Translations under genes and position numbers: made by a program | NCBI GenBank assembly: GCA_963665295.1 | Contig: OY762209.1 | Coordinates: forward strand, 2,400,001 to 2,464,000 | DNA from: Syntrophorhabdaceae bacterium | GTDB lineage: Bacteria > Desulfobacterota > Syntrophorhabdia > Syntrophorhabdales > Syntrophorhabdaceae | Length of the DNA stretch: 64,000 nt | Direction: 5' to 3' | The notes under the pieces: model-generated | Databases searched by the model: none | Told to the model about the DNA's origin: nothing | What the model saw: only the letters and a program-made list of their open reading frames with translations | Part shown: one piece after another, positions 32,559-42,837 of the stretch | Layout: every line of letters begins with the position of its first letter | Numbering within the stretch: the stretch's first letter is position 1

Positions 32559-33334
32559 CAGCCCCTTGCCCCCAATACCCCGTCGTGCCTGTGGCATATG
32601 AGGTGCTGTGAGAATTCCCCGAAATAGGATGTCATCCCGCTCGACATGCAGAAGGCCTCGAAGGTGCCGCAGAAGACTACCGTCTTGTCGAGATAGAGCA
32701 ATTTGGAGGCGTGCTCCCCGATAGTGCCGAGGTCATGGGTAATGATGACCACTGTTACCATTTTCTGCCTGTTCAGGTCCCTCAGGGTGCCGAAGAACCT
32801 TTCCCGGGTTTCGGGGTCGAGGGCCGCCGTCGGCTCGTCGAGGATCAGGAACTCCGGTTCCCCCACCAGGGCCTTTGCGAGGAAGGCCCTCTGCTGCTGT
32901 CCCCCGGACAACTCCCCGATCAGTTTGTCCCGGATGCTTCCGATGTCCATAAGGTCCAGCGCCCTGTCAACACGCTCCCTGTCCGAACGGTTCATCCGTT
33001 TTGGGAAGGTCTTCGTCGAGAGGAGTCCCAGGCCTACCACCTCCCGCACGGTTGCGGGAAAACGGGGGTTGAAGGAGGCCATCCTCTGGGGTAAATATCC
33101 CACCCGGCGCCATTCCCTGAACCCGGACGGGTCCTGTCCGAAAAGGCGGACGGTCCCCTCGGACGGTTTAAGAAACCCGAGGACCAGTCTTATGAGGGTC
33201 GTCTTTCCCGAGCCGTTAGGCCCCACGAGCCCGAGGTAATCGCCCTTTTCAAGGACAAAGGAGGCGTCGGTGAGCACGTCCGCAGAGTTATACCGGAAAC
33301 CGGCTTTTTCCACCGAGATCACGTCTACCGGCAT
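32558..33334 (-). CDS. znuC: Zn/Mn ABC transporter ATP-binding protein
   Basis: GPNGSGKT, LSGGQQQR, LDEPT; His/Cys tail. Confidence 0.88.
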   Translation of the reverse strand: MPVDVISVEKAGFRYNSADVLTDASFVLEKGDYLGLVGPNGSGKTTLIRLVLGFLKPSEGTVRLFGQDPSGFREWRRVGYLPQRMASFNPRFPATVREVVGLGLLSTKTFPKRMNRSDRERVDRALDLMDIGSIRDKLIGELSGGQQQRAFLAKALVGEPEFLILDEPTAALDPETRERFFGTLRDLNRQKMVTVVIITHDLGTIGEHASKLLYLDKTVVFCGTFEAFCMSSGMTSYFGEFSQHLICHRHDGVLGARG

Positions 33335-34293
33335 TCGAGCCCCTTTTGCAGCATGATAAGGTTCGTCTCCATAAGGGAAATGAAGGTGGCCCCTTTCTCC
33401 AGGTCGTCCTTGCTTATGTTGTGGGCCCCGTGGAGGGGCAAAAGGGTGGTCTTTGTTTCTCTCGCCACTACCTCCGCCACCCGGGGCGTGATCAATTCCT
33501 CGTAATATATGTATTTAACGTGGTTATCCATCACCAGTTTTTTCAACTCCAGTATCTTCCTCGGAGTCGGTTCGGCGTTGGGAGACCCCTCGTACGCAGA
33601 GACATAGGTGAGGTCATAACGCTTCGCCATGTAGTTGAAGGCGAAATGTCCTCCATGGACAAAAAGGCGGTGCGTGCAGTTCGCGAGGCCGCGCCTGAAC
33701 CGCTCATCGAGGTCCGTAAGCCTCGCGTCGTATCCGGCCGCGTTTTTCGCATAAAATTCCTTTTGGGCCGGGTCCTTCGTCACGAAACCGTCCCGAATAT
33801 TGTCCACCATCTTCCGGGCCCTCTCGAAATCGAGCCAGATATGGGGGTCCAGTTTCCCCCCCGCATGATGGTCCAGTTCGCCCTTATCATGGCCGTGTTC
33901 GTCGGGACCGACACGGGCGAGGAGCTTTATGCCCCGGCTCGCGTCGACTACGACGAGGCCCTTGTTATCCGTTGCCTTGAGCAGGTTTTCCACCCATGGC
34001 TCCATGTTGCTGCCTGTATAGATGAAAACATCCGCCGAATCGATCTGCCGGATATCTCCCGGCTTCGGCTCAAAACTATGGGGCTCCACGCCGGGAGGGA
34101 CGAGGAGTGTCACGTACGCGTGGTCTCCCCCCACATTCCGCGCAAAATCAAAGAGGGGGAAAAGGGTCGTCACGACCTTGAGTTTGCCCTTGCCCGGGTT
34201 CTCCGTTTTTTGTCCGCACGAAAAGAGGCAACCCATGCCGAATACCACAAGGAGGGCGAGGACAAAAGGCGAAATCCTTAAAGAAGCCCTCAT
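33325..34293 (-). CDS. znuA: Zn ABC transporter substrate-binding lipoprotein
   Basis: EPHSFEP, His-rich loop, DPHIW. Confidence 0.88.
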   Translation of the reverse strand: MRASLRISPFVLALLVVFGMGCLFSCGQKTENPGKGKLKVVTTLFPLFDFARNVGGDHAYVTLLVPPGVEPHSFEPKPGDIRQIDSADVFIYTGSNMEPWVENLLKATDNKGLVVVDASRGIKLLARVGPDEHGHDKGELDHHAGGKLDPHIWLDFERARKMVDNIRDGFVTKDPAQKEFYAKNAAGYDARLTDLDERFRRGLANCTHRLFVHGGHFAFNYMAKRYDLTYVSAYEGSPNAEPTPRKILELKKLVMDNHVKYIYYEELITPRVAEVVARETKTTLLPLHGAHNISKDDLEKGATFISLMETNLIMLQKGLECR

Positions 34294-34715
34294 ATGCCGC
34301 ACCGCTCGCAGATGCCGAACACCTGCAGGAGGTGGGTGACCACGGACCCTTTTAGATTGCTTTTCACTTCCCGCTCAATCTCATCGAGGCCGCAGAAATT
34401 CAGGTCCAGGACCCTCCGGCAGGAGATGCAGACGAAATGGTGGTGGTGACTGCCTTCCAGGTTATGACAAAAATAATAATAGAGCTTACGGTCCGGGTGG
34501 ACGATCTTTATGATGATTCCCCCTTCGGAAAGCTCCTCAAGATTGCGGTACACGGTGGAAAGGCCGATCTTCCCGAACCGCTCCTTCATCTTCTGCCAGA
34601 CCTTTTCAGGGCTCACATACCCGGGCTCACCGGCCAGTATATCAAGGATGGCGAGCCTTTTAGGCGTAACCTTGAGGTGGAGGCTTCTGATTGATGAGGG
34701 AAAGTCCGCGGTCAA
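34290..34715 (-). CDS. zur: Fur-family regulator, probably Zur
   Basis: TVYRNL, HHHHFVCISC, CERC; heads the znuACB operon. Confidence 0.8.
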   Translation of the reverse strand: MTADFPSSIRSLHLKVTPKRLAILDILAGEPGYVSPEKVWQKMKERFGKIGLSTVYRNLEELSEGGIIIKIVHPDRKLYYYFCHNLEGSHHHHFVCISCRRVLDLNFCGLDEIEREVKSNLKGSVVTHLLQVFGICERCGI

Positions 34716-34731
34716 AATGTCTCCCGGAGCT

Positions 34732-34782
34732 AAACGAAAATAATTTCTATTAGAGTATATGTACTAATCCCCGTGGCGTCAA
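34732..34782 (-). promoter_or_regulatory. Sigma70 promoter plus Fur-family-like operator for zur-znuACB
   Basis: Minus strand TTGACG-17nt-TATACT (34782-34754); AT-rich dyad GAAAATAATTTC just downstream. Confidence 0.55.
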
Positions 34783-34883
34783 GGGGTAAGGAAGTGTGGG
34801 GTTGATTAATGTCGGCGGGAGGGAAGGGAATAAGGCCGGAAACTTAGTTCACTTACTCATCGGGATCCGTTGTTTGGCGGGGC

Positions 34884-35074
34884 AGGGAGAACCCCTCTTT
34901 CACCCCCGCGCGCCGACGCTCCAGGCAGAGAAAACTTGGCGTGAAAATCCCCGGCGAATGCCACCCCCCATCCCCCTAGAATTCGAGGGGGCTCTCTACC
35001 TCGCCAGGGATTTTCGCTGAGTTTTCTTGACTGCCCTCCGCAATGCACGCAGGGGTGAAAGAGGGATTCTCCCT
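34884..35074. repeat. Long (~190 bp) imperfect inverted repeat
   Basis: Outer arms 34884-34910 / 35048-35074 pair at 25 of 27 positions; inner arms ~34924-34957 / 35001-35035; apical CCCCCT/AGGGGG hairpin. Confidence 0.8.
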
Positions 35075-35388
35075 CATGAGGGTTTTCGAAGGTGCGGCAT
35101 GAAGCGGGGAGATCAAGAAGCAACAGCTGGACGGGATCAGCCTCCGAGGCGGTCGAGAATTCTTAAACTAATCTTCGCGAGACTGACATACTGTTGGCAG
35201 TAGGGCTGTGGTAAATCAACGTAAAGCGACGACATGCAGTACGGTTCGGTCCACTTTATGATTGAAATACCCGACAGAGGGGAGCAGAATTGAAGAAGAA
35301 GGGAACAGGCAAGTCAAACGGTTCAAATGAACGGGTTTTCTCCGGCCGGACTTTACCGGAGCGAGACCAAAGCCAACCGCCGCCACAA

Positions 35389-37959
35389 ATGGATGATATG
35401 ACTTACTTTTGGGCAAAAACCACATCAGACGGTAAACCAGGGATTTCAGTTTACAATCATATGTTGAATGTCGGGTACGTTGCCCGTTGTATTGCCGAAA
35501 TGTCTCCGAAGGTTCTCGAGAGATTCGGTTTGAGATCGGTCGAGGTCGGTGCTTTGGCTGCCCTCCACGATCTGGGCAAGATTTCCCCCGGTTTCCAACG
35601 AAAATGCGAAGTCTGGCTGGAGGAAAACGGTTTGGTGAAGGTCGCTCGCAACGGATGTTGGGACACTGGTATGGAACCTGATCATGGCAAGACTTCACAT
35701 TCCGCAGTGCAGGATTTTCTCATGGGTCGAGGTATTGCAAGGAATATTGCCATGTATTTGGCGGCCGTTCTCGGTGCACATCATGGAAGGATCAAGTTCC
35801 ATCCCAACCCTCGTGGAATAAGGCCGCCGATCATCAGACAGATTGCTGATAGCAACAGCGGCATCGATTGGGACAATGAGCGTCTCAAATGCGCGGAACG
35901 ACTCTGGGTTGATTTTAACGCTCAAACCTCTCTCCTTTCTCCGAAGCATGAAGTGTCTGCCCTCTGGTGGCTTGCCGGACTTACGTCGGTAGCAGACTGG
36001 ATCGGCTCCGACGAACGGTTCTTTCCCGCGGATAAACGCCCGGTTAACCTCCCGGCTAATGCGCTTCAGGCCCTCAATGCTATCGGATTCGGACAAACGG
36101 AATTTGTTGAAAATCTTTCATTTCATGATTTGTTCCATGATGAAGCAAAGCCCGATGTCCGGTGGATACCCAATGAGATGCAGGAAGCAACTCTCGCCGC
36201 AGTTCGCCGCCCCGGAATTTATGTTATCGAAGCCCCAATGGGTATGGGCAAGACTGAGGCAGCGTTATGGGCGGCATATCGGATGCTCGTGTCCGGAAAA
36301 GCGACGGGGATCTATTTTGCCCTTCCCACTCAAGCCACCAGTAATCGGATGCACGTGCGAATGAACGCATTTGTGCGGCGCATATCCCGCACTTACAGCG
36401 CGAGTCGCCTGATTCATGGTAATTCTTGGCTCATGGACCAAAAAGTCACATTATTGCCCGTTGGTACAACGCTTGGTTCATCAGTTGAAGATGCTCGAGC
36501 CGGACAAGACTGGTTTTCTTCAGCAAAACGGTCGCTGCTTGCCCCTTTCGGAGTTGGAACGGTTGACCAAGCCCTGCTCGGTGTGGCGGCCGCCAAGCAC
36601 TTTTTTGTCCGTCATTTTGCGCTTGCCGGAAAAGTGGTGATAATAGATGAGGTGCATTCCTACGACGTCTACACGGGACGGCTTATAGACACGCTCATGG
36701 AGGCACTTGAAGGGCTGGGATGCACGATCATTGTTCTGTCGGCAACACTTACGGGGAAACGGCGCAGACAGATCATCGCCTGCTCCGGCGACATGGCGGA
36801 TGACCCAGAGCAGCCGTATCCCCTCCTTACCGGCCAAGCAGAAGGAGAAACTCTCAAACCGGTTGCCTCGACGCCGCCTGATCCGCGTGTTATCAAAGTA
36901 GACTTCCTGTCAGAGGCGAAGGCAACCGAAGAGGCTATCAGGCTGGGCCAAAACGGAGGAGCAGTAATCTGGATTTGTAATACGGTTGAGGCGGCACAAA
37001 GGCAATACGAACGGCTAACGCAAATTGTCAGGAAAGAGTTCCCTGTAGGCCTTTTGCACGCGCGCTTTCCGTTTTGGCGGCGCGAAGAACTTGAGACGGA
37101 ATGGATGGGAAGGTTCGGCAAGGATGGGGCAACCCGATGCGGTTCGATTCTTGTGTCTACTCAAATAGTCGAACAGAGCGTTGACCTCGATGCGGACCTC
37201 TTGATTACGGAGTTGGCACCTACCGACATGTTGCTGCAGCGTCTCGGTCGCCTCTGGAGACACAACCGGCCGAATCGGCCGGTTGACAGTCCGCGTATCT
37301 GTATCGTCGATGAAGAGGCAGACCTTGAAGAACTACGGGTGATGGAGCCGAACACTATCGTCACGGCGCTCGGCAAGAAAGCAAAGGTATATGCGCCGTT
37401 CATCCTTCTTCGGTCGCTTGAGGTTTGGAAAGATTTGCCGCAGGAAGTGACGATCCCTTTACAGATTCGAAAATTGATCGAATCGACCTATGAGGATCGG
37501 GAAAATGAGCCGGACTCATGGTTGAAGCTTCGCAGTGAGTGGTTTGGAACTGATTCAGCAAAAAAAATGTTTGCGTTGCGAAATACCAACATCTGGCAGT
37601 TGGCGTTGGAAGATCAGGAAGGCATGCAGACCAGAACTAATGAGATGCCGACGGTTCCCATGGTGCTTTGCCGGAGCATGAGTAAGCAGGAAGCGTCGTT
37701 TATCGACGGTACATCAGAGAATTTGGGCGAAGATAAGTTCCGGCTCTCATTGGCACAGGCAATTCACAGGAATCTGGTGAGAATACCGGAATATTGCTTC
37801 GACCATGTTGAATTACACCTCCCGTTTGCCGACTATCTGCATGGCCCGCAGTGTGCCGGTATCGTTTCCGAGAATGGAGGTGTGAAAACGAATGGCCTGC
37901 AAAAAGGGGTTAGCCTCCACTATTCCGACGTGTTGGGCCTTGTTATTGATGAAATATAG
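35389..37959 (+). CDS. cas3: CRISPR-associated helicase/nuclease Cas3
   Basis: HD motif LHDLGK, APMGMGKTEAA, DEVH, SAT, QRLGRLWRH; start could be 35290, 35389 or 35398. Confidence 0.95.
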   Translation: MDDMTYFWAKTTSDGKPGISVYNHMLNVGYVARCIAEMSPKVLERFGLRSVEVGALAALHDLGKISPGFQRKCEVWLEENGLVKVARNGCWDTGMEPDHGKTSHSAVQDFLMGRGIARNIAMYLAAVLGAHHGRIKFHPNPRGIRPPIIRQIADSNSGIDWDNERLKCAERLWVDFNAQTSLLSPKHEVSALWWLAGLTSVADWIGSDERFFPADKRPVNLPANALQALNAIGFGQTEFVENLSFHDLFHDEAKPDVRWIPNEMQEATLAAVRRPGIYVIEAPMGMGKTEAALWAAYRMLVSGKATGIYFALPTQATSNRMHVRMNAFVRRISRTYSASRLIHGNSWLMDQKVTLLPVGTTLGSSVEDARAGQDWFSSAKRSLLAPFGVGTVDQALLGVAAAKHFFVRHFALAGKVVIIDEVHSYDVYTGRLIDTLMEALEGLGCTIIVLSATLTGKRRRQIIACSGDMADDPEQPYPLLTGQAEGETLKPVASTPPDPRVIKVDFLSEAKATEEAIRLGQNGGAVIWICNTVEAAQRQYERLTQIVRKEFPVGLLHARFPFWRREELETEWMGRFGKDGATRCGSILVSTQIVEQSVDLDADLLITELAPTDMLLQRLGRLWRHNRPNRPVDSPRICIVDEEADLEELRVMEPNTIVTALGKKAKVYAPFILLRSLEVWKDLPQEVTIPLQIRKLIESTYEDRENEPDSWLKLRSEWFGTDSAKKMFALRNTNIWQLALEDQEGMQTRTNEMPTVPMVLCRSMSKQEASFIDGTSENLGEDKFRLSLAQAIHRNLVRIPEYCFDHVELHLPFADYLHGPQCAGIVSENGGVKTNGLQKGVSLHYSDVLGLVIDEI

Positions 37960-37973
37960 GTGAAGGAGGGGAT

Positions 37974-39614
37974 ATGAATGTTGCCTTTGATGCATGGATA
38001 CCGGTTGTAATCACCGGAGGCAAACCGCACTTGGCAAGCCTTTGCAGTGTGTTCACCGAGGGAGATCAATACGCCGACCTCGCGGTGCGCCCCCACGAAA
38101 GAGTCGCCTTAATGCGACTCTTTCTCTGTGTCGCTCATGCCGCGCTCGAGGGGCCTAAGAATGACGAAGGATGGTGCGATGTCCCAAAAAGACTACCTGG
38201 AGCGGCGAGAGATTATCTTAAAACGTGGGAAGATTCTTTCGAGCTTTTCCATAAGACCAAGCCATGGTTGCAGGTGGCTGAATTAAAGGGGGTCGAAACG
38301 AGCGGTCCTGATTCCAGAAAGACCTCGCCGGTCGCACTTCTTGATTTTGAATTGGCAACAGGAAACAACTCGACTCTTTACGACCACGAAGGTTCCTTGA
38401 TCTCTCGTCACGTTGATCTCGAACGAGTCGCCCTGAATTTGCTGACGTTTCAGAACTTTTCCTCCGGGGGCGGTTCACCTGTTGCGCAGTGGAAAATGGT
38501 CGGCACCTCTCAGATAGGCAATCCGGACGCCCCTTGTCTGTCTCAATCCATGGCGCACTGTCTGTTACGCGGAAGATCGTTGGGAGACACTATATGGTTT
38601 AATCTGCCTTCATTCGAGACAATTAAGAGAACATACAGAATGCATTCGTCCGATAAGAAGAAGGGTGATACCTTTGCCGACGTCGCGCTAGGCAGGCCTG
38701 TATGGGAGTCTTTCCCTCAATGGCCCGAAAGCGAGTCGGACGACGCCATCAATGCCACAAGGACTTACCTTGGCCGGCTGGTGCCAATATCTCGATGGAT
38801 TCGTCTTATTCACGGTACGGATCAAATGTATTGCTGTAACGGGTTCAAATACATCACATTCAAAGGCGGGTTTGCTCCGGAGCCTACCTCGGCAAGCCGG
38901 TTGATTACGAAAAAGGATAAGAAAGGAATTGCGACCCAAGAGAGGAGGATTGTAAAGGTGGACCCGTCCAAGGCTTTGTGGCGGGAGTTGTCCTCCCTGC
39001 TCATAAAACGTTCCGCAGATGGAATGGGTGGACCGTTGGCGATGAACAACGCTCCATATGACACAGAGTTCGATTTCCAGGTGTGTGCAATCACACGAGA
39101 CCAAGCCTCTATGGATATTGCCTTGGAGTCCGTATTCAATATTACCCCGGCACTTCAGCGAAATTTATCTTCTTATCAGGCCGAGGTGGCCGGAGGTGAG
39201 AAAGTCATCGGGGCAGAAGGTTACGCTCGAAAACTCAGATGGGCGATAGAGGATTATCGCTCAGCAATTGACAGCGATTGGCAACCTCGTGTCAAGAGAA
39301 CCCAGCCGAAAGAGCGCGAGGCTTTGCGAGACAGGCTAGCGTCAACAGCCCTTATGTCGTATTGGACCACTGTAGAAAGGAATCTTCCGCTCCTTATGGC
39401 GCACATCGAAGCCATCGGCACCGATGCTGCCGTTCCCACCCGCGAAGCATGGCGAAAAACGCTCTTTCGCGCTGCCCATGACGCATATAGAATAGCCTGC
39501 GGACAGGAAACACCACGACAGATGAAAGCGTTTGTTAGAGGGCTACAAAAACTGCAAAAAGTAAAGGACGATACTAAACCAAATACCAACGGAGAAGAGG
39601 AGGAGAAAGAATGA
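37974..39614 (+). CDS. casA: Type I-E Cascade large subunit Cse1/CasA (Cas8e)
   Basis: WIPV N-terminus, FELFH..PWLQ; position directly after cas3. Confidence 0.88.
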   Translation: MNVAFDAWIPVVITGGKPHLASLCSVFTEGDQYADLAVRPHERVALMRLFLCVAHAALEGPKNDEGWCDVPKRLPGAARDYLKTWEDSFELFHKTKPWLQVAELKGVETSGPDSRKTSPVALLDFELATGNNSTLYDHEGSLISRHVDLERVALNLLTFQNFSSGGGSPVAQWKMVGTSQIGNPDAPCLSQSMAHCLLRGRSLGDTIWFNLPSFETIKRTYRMHSSDKKKGDTFADVALGRPVWESFPQWPESESDDAINATRTYLGRLVPISRWIRLIHGTDQMYCCNGFKYITFKGGFAPEPTSASRLITKKDKKGIATQERRIVKVDPSKALWRELSSLLIKRSADGMGGPLAMNNAPYDTEFDFQVCAITRDQASMDIALESVFNITPALQRNLSSYQAEVAGGEKVIGAEGYARKLRWAIEDYRSAIDSDWQPRVKRTQPKEREALRDRLASTALMSYWTTVERNLPLLMAHIEAIGTDAAVPTREAWRKTLFRAAHDAYRIACGQETPRQMKAFVRGLQKLQKVKDDTKPNTNGEEEEKE

Positions 39615-40108
39615 GCCGACTTCTTGAAGAACTGCGCAAGTGCAAGGCGCAAGATGATCGGGGGATGATGGCTGATCTTCGATGTATACTTGTTGATAGT
39701 AAGAAACACCGCGCCTGGCCCGCATTAAACCGCCTGGGGGTGCCGATCAACGAAGAGGTCTCGTCGTTTATTGCCGGACTTTACGCTACCCATCCCGATG
39801 AAACGTCCAGCGGAAATTTCGGCACAACCTGTAGGGTGATTAAACAGAGGCGGGATGACAGTGGACGTGACGACAGCAAACTAACCCCAACTGAACGGCG
39901 ATTCCAGCACTTGCTGGCTGCTGAACGTGGCGGAGAACTGCACGCGCGAATTCTAAGGATGGTCCTGATCGCAAAAGCAGAGGGTGTTCCGGTTAACTAT
40001 GCCCGGCTGGAGACCGACCTCAGAAGAAATGATGATTGGAGAAAAACAGAATGGGCGACCTCTTTCTGGATGCAAGACAAAACGCCTGGGCCTGAGGGGG
40101 CTCTATGA
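39611..40108 (+). CDS. casB: Type I-E small subunit Cse2/CasB (Cas11)
   Basis: ADLR, ERRFQHLL, VNYARL..DL..W; operon position. Confidence 0.85.
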   Translation: MSRLLEELRKCKAQDDRGMMADLRCILVDSKKHRAWPALNRLGVPINEEVSSFIAGLYATHPDETSSGNFGTTCRVIKQRRDDSGRDDSKLTPTERRFQHLLAAERGGELHARILRMVLIAKAEGVPVNYARLETDLRRNDDWRKTEWATSFWMQDKTPGPEGAL

Positions 40109-40824
40109 GTTGGCTCGCACGTTTGGAAGTTGATGCAAAGACAATTCGCAATCAAGGTATTTCGGATGACGTTTACACATGGCACAAGATGTTGTGGGAC
40201 TGTTACCCGAATTCACCGGACGCCGAGCGCGATTTCCTGACACGGATTGACCACCTTGAAGGAGCATACCGATTTTGGGTTATGGCCAAACGCAAGCCGG
40301 CTTGTCCCAAATGGTGCCCGGCTGATGGTTTTTCTCTCAATGAGATCAGGTCATCCTTCCTCAGTTATCGCTACTATGCCTTTGACGTGCGTGTCAATCC
40401 CACGAAATGCATAGCCCAAAAGGGTCCCGGCGGAGAAATCCTTTTTCAAAGGGACTCAAACGGAGAAATCCTACGCAATGCTGATGGAAGGCCAAAACGG
40501 AAACACGGAAAACGCGTGCCCTTGATGAAACCAGATGATTTGCGCGCATGGCTGATTCGCAAGGGGAGAGTACGCTGCACGAAAGATGGTAACGACACGC
40601 CGGGAGGATTCAGGGTCCTGGATGAAAAGCCGCTCGAAATCAGTCCCATGGTCGAGAATCATTTCCGCAAGAAAGGGCATACGGGTTATCACGGAGGAGT
40701 TCAGTTTCGCGGGGTTTTGGAAGTTACCGACCGCGAAAAGTTTGTTGAAACCTACGAATGCGGTCTGGGCAGCGCCAAAAGCTTCGGCTTTGGCCTGTTG
40801 CTTCTTGCACCGGTAAGCATATAA
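40105..40824 (+). CDS. cas6e: Cas6e/Cse3 crRNA processing endonuclease
   Basis: HKMLW, NPTK, C-terminal GLGSAKSFGFGLL. Confidence 0.92.
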   Translation: MSWLARLEVDAKTIRNQGISDDVYTWHKMLWDCYPNSPDAERDFLTRIDHLEGAYRFWVMAKRKPACPKWCPADGFSLNEIRSSFLSYRYYAFDVRVNPTKCIAQKGPGGEILFQRDSNGEILRNADGRPKRKHGKRVPLMKPDDLRAWLIRKGRVRCTKDGNDTPGGFRVLDEKPLEISPMVENHFRKKGHTGYHGGVQFRGVLEVTDREKFVETYECGLGSAKSFGFGLLLLAPVSI

Positions 40825-40845
40825 AAGACGATAAGGAGAATTCAC

Positions 40846-42120
40846 ATGAAACATATGGAATTGCACATCATTCAGTCCGTTCCTGTAGCCTGTCTTAATC
40901 GTGACGATCTCAACTCGCCCAAAACGGCAGTTTTCGGGGGCGTTCAGCGGGCGCGCGTTTCCAGCCAATCCTGGAAGCGGGCTATTCGGGAGACGGCGGA
41001 AAAGGAAGTCGATGCCTCTGGTCAATTTCGGGGGAAGCGTAGCCGCCTGTTTATTGAGAAAATCTCTTCGGCGCTCCAGGCTTTGGGGGAGGGTGAAATC
41101 ACCGCTCGTGCCCTGGCTATTTGCGTCGGCCATTATCTCGCAAAACTCGATCCGAAACAGGAGGGAAAAGTAAAGACTCTCGTGTTTCTTTCACCGCTGG
41201 AATATCAAATACTTGCAAAGGCCCTTTTTGTTTTGGATGACGACGCAAAAAAGACTTTGGTATCGGCTGTCGGCTCTGTGGACATATCAAAATTGGCAAC
41301 CGATGATGACAATAAAGAAGAAGGCGAGGACGATAAAGCCGAGAAACCAAAAAAAGGTGAGAACAAACTGTCTGCCAAAAAGTTCACTCAGTTGGTAGCC
41401 AGAATCATGAAATCTCCGATAGAAAAGGCATTCAGGGGAGAAAAGAAAGAACTGAAAAGCCTTCCTAAAGATGCCGCCGACATTGCCCTTTTTGGCCGCA
41501 TGGTCGCCAACGATCATTCTTTGACGGTCGAAGCCGCTTCTATGTTTTCGCATGCGCTGTCAACGCACAAGGCAGATAATGAAATCGACTTCTTTGCCGC
41601 CGTGGATGACTTGCAGCCAAAAGATGAATCGGGAGCAGGTATGACCAGCACGTTAGAGTTCAATTCCGCCACATACTATCGTTTTGCCGCCCTCAATCTC
41701 GACATGCTTGCCGATGCAGATCACCTCAAGGATTTGACTTGGAAAGAGCGGCAAGAGGTGGTGCGCACCTTCGTGGAAGCAACCATAAAGGCGGTTCCCG
41801 GAGCTCGTATGAACACCATGAACAGCAATACGCTCCCTGCCTATGTGCTCGGCGTGGTGCGAGAAAAGGGCCATCCGATCCAATTGGTCAATGCCTTCGA
41901 AGCCGCAGTGCGCCCTTCGGTGAGAGGCTTCGTTGTTGACTCCGTAAACAGGATGAATATCGAGTATTCAGATCTTAAGGATACGTGGGGCATTGACTCC
42001 GTCTTTGCAAAGGCGGTCGCAAAGGGAAACCTGAAAAACGCCATTAAAGATGATCTTGGCGCCATCGAAACTTGTTCGCTGGACGATCTCATTAACGGGA
42101 TGGTGGCTCATGTCATCTGA
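40846..42120 (+). CDS. cas7e: Cas7e/Cse4 backbone subunit
   Basis: LNRDDLNSPK..FGG..RARVSSQSWKR, DIALFGRM, DFFAAVDD. Confidence 0.95.
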   Translation: MKHMELHIIQSVPVACLNRDDLNSPKTAVFGGVQRARVSSQSWKRAIRETAEKEVDASGQFRGKRSRLFIEKISSALQALGEGEITARALAICVGHYLAKLDPKQEGKVKTLVFLSPLEYQILAKALFVLDDDAKKTLVSAVGSVDISKLATDDDNKEEGEDDKAEKPKKGENKLSAKKFTQLVARIMKSPIEKAFRGEKKELKSLPKDAADIALFGRMVANDHSLTVEAASMFSHALSTHKADNEIDFFAAVDDLQPKDESGAGMTSTLEFNSATYYRFAALNLDMLADADHLKDLTWKERQEVVRTFVEATIKAVPGARMNTMNSNTLPAYVLGVVREKGHPIQLVNAFEAAVRPSVRGFVVDSVNRMNIEYSDLKDTWGIDSVFAKAVAKGNLKNAIKDDLGAIETCSLDDLINGMVAHVI

Positions 42121-42805
42121 CAAGTCTTTCCTGGCTCTTCGCTTGCAGGGTCCCCTTCAATCGTGGGGGTTTGACGGCCAGTACAGCCGCCGCAATACCG
42201 GTCTGATACCCACCAAAAGCGCCATCGGCGGGATGTGCTGCGCGGCGCTCGGTTGGTCGCGGGGCAGCAGAGAAGAGGAGAACTTTCTCGCATTATTCGG
42301 GGATATACGGATGACCGCCATCGTCATTCCAAGAATCAGGTCCGGGAGACAGATGCCGGTTCGTCGGCTGCAAGACTATCATACAGTACAGAATACTAGA
42401 ACCGCGGACGGCAAAACCAAAGATTGCCACATTACTCGTCGGCAATATCTCACAGACGCATGTTTCGGGATTCTTCTTGACGGCGACACAAGTCTGCTAA
42501 GCCGGATAGCCGCAGCTCTTGCCGACCCAATTTGGGGGATATGGCTTGGCCGCAAGGCATGCATCCCGTCGGCCCCGGTCCTTGCGGGATTGCGGAACAA
42601 TCGGGACGATGCGCTATGTCTCCTCATCGGCGATACGCCTGTCGAATCGTTTACACGGCAGGAAGAGGTCGAAGACTTCGCGGAGGGTCACGATTCCCTC
42701 CCGGATGCACCAGTTTCGTTTGCCGTGGGAAAAAGGTTGTTCTCGCCAAGAAGAGTGCGAACACTGCAAGGAGCAGCACGGCCACAGTATGACGGGAATC
42801 AGTAA
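42110..42805 (+). CDS. cas5e: Cas5e/CasD
   Basis: LQGPLQSWG, PTKSAIGG, DYHTV, LGRKAC. Confidence 0.93.
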   Translation: MSSDKSFLALRLQGPLQSWGFDGQYSRRNTGLIPTKSAIGGMCCAALGWSRGSREEENFLALFGDIRMTAIVIPRIRSGRQMPVRRLQDYHTVQNTRTADGKTKDCHITRRQYLTDACFGILLDGDTSLLSRIAAALADPIWGIWLGRKACIPSAPVLAGLRNNRDDALCLLIGDTPVESFTRQEEVEDFAEGHDSLPDAPVSFAVGKRLFSPRRVRTLQGAARPQYDGNQ

Positions 42806-42837
42806 GATGAAGAGTAACGGCTTCGAAGGGTGGTAGA

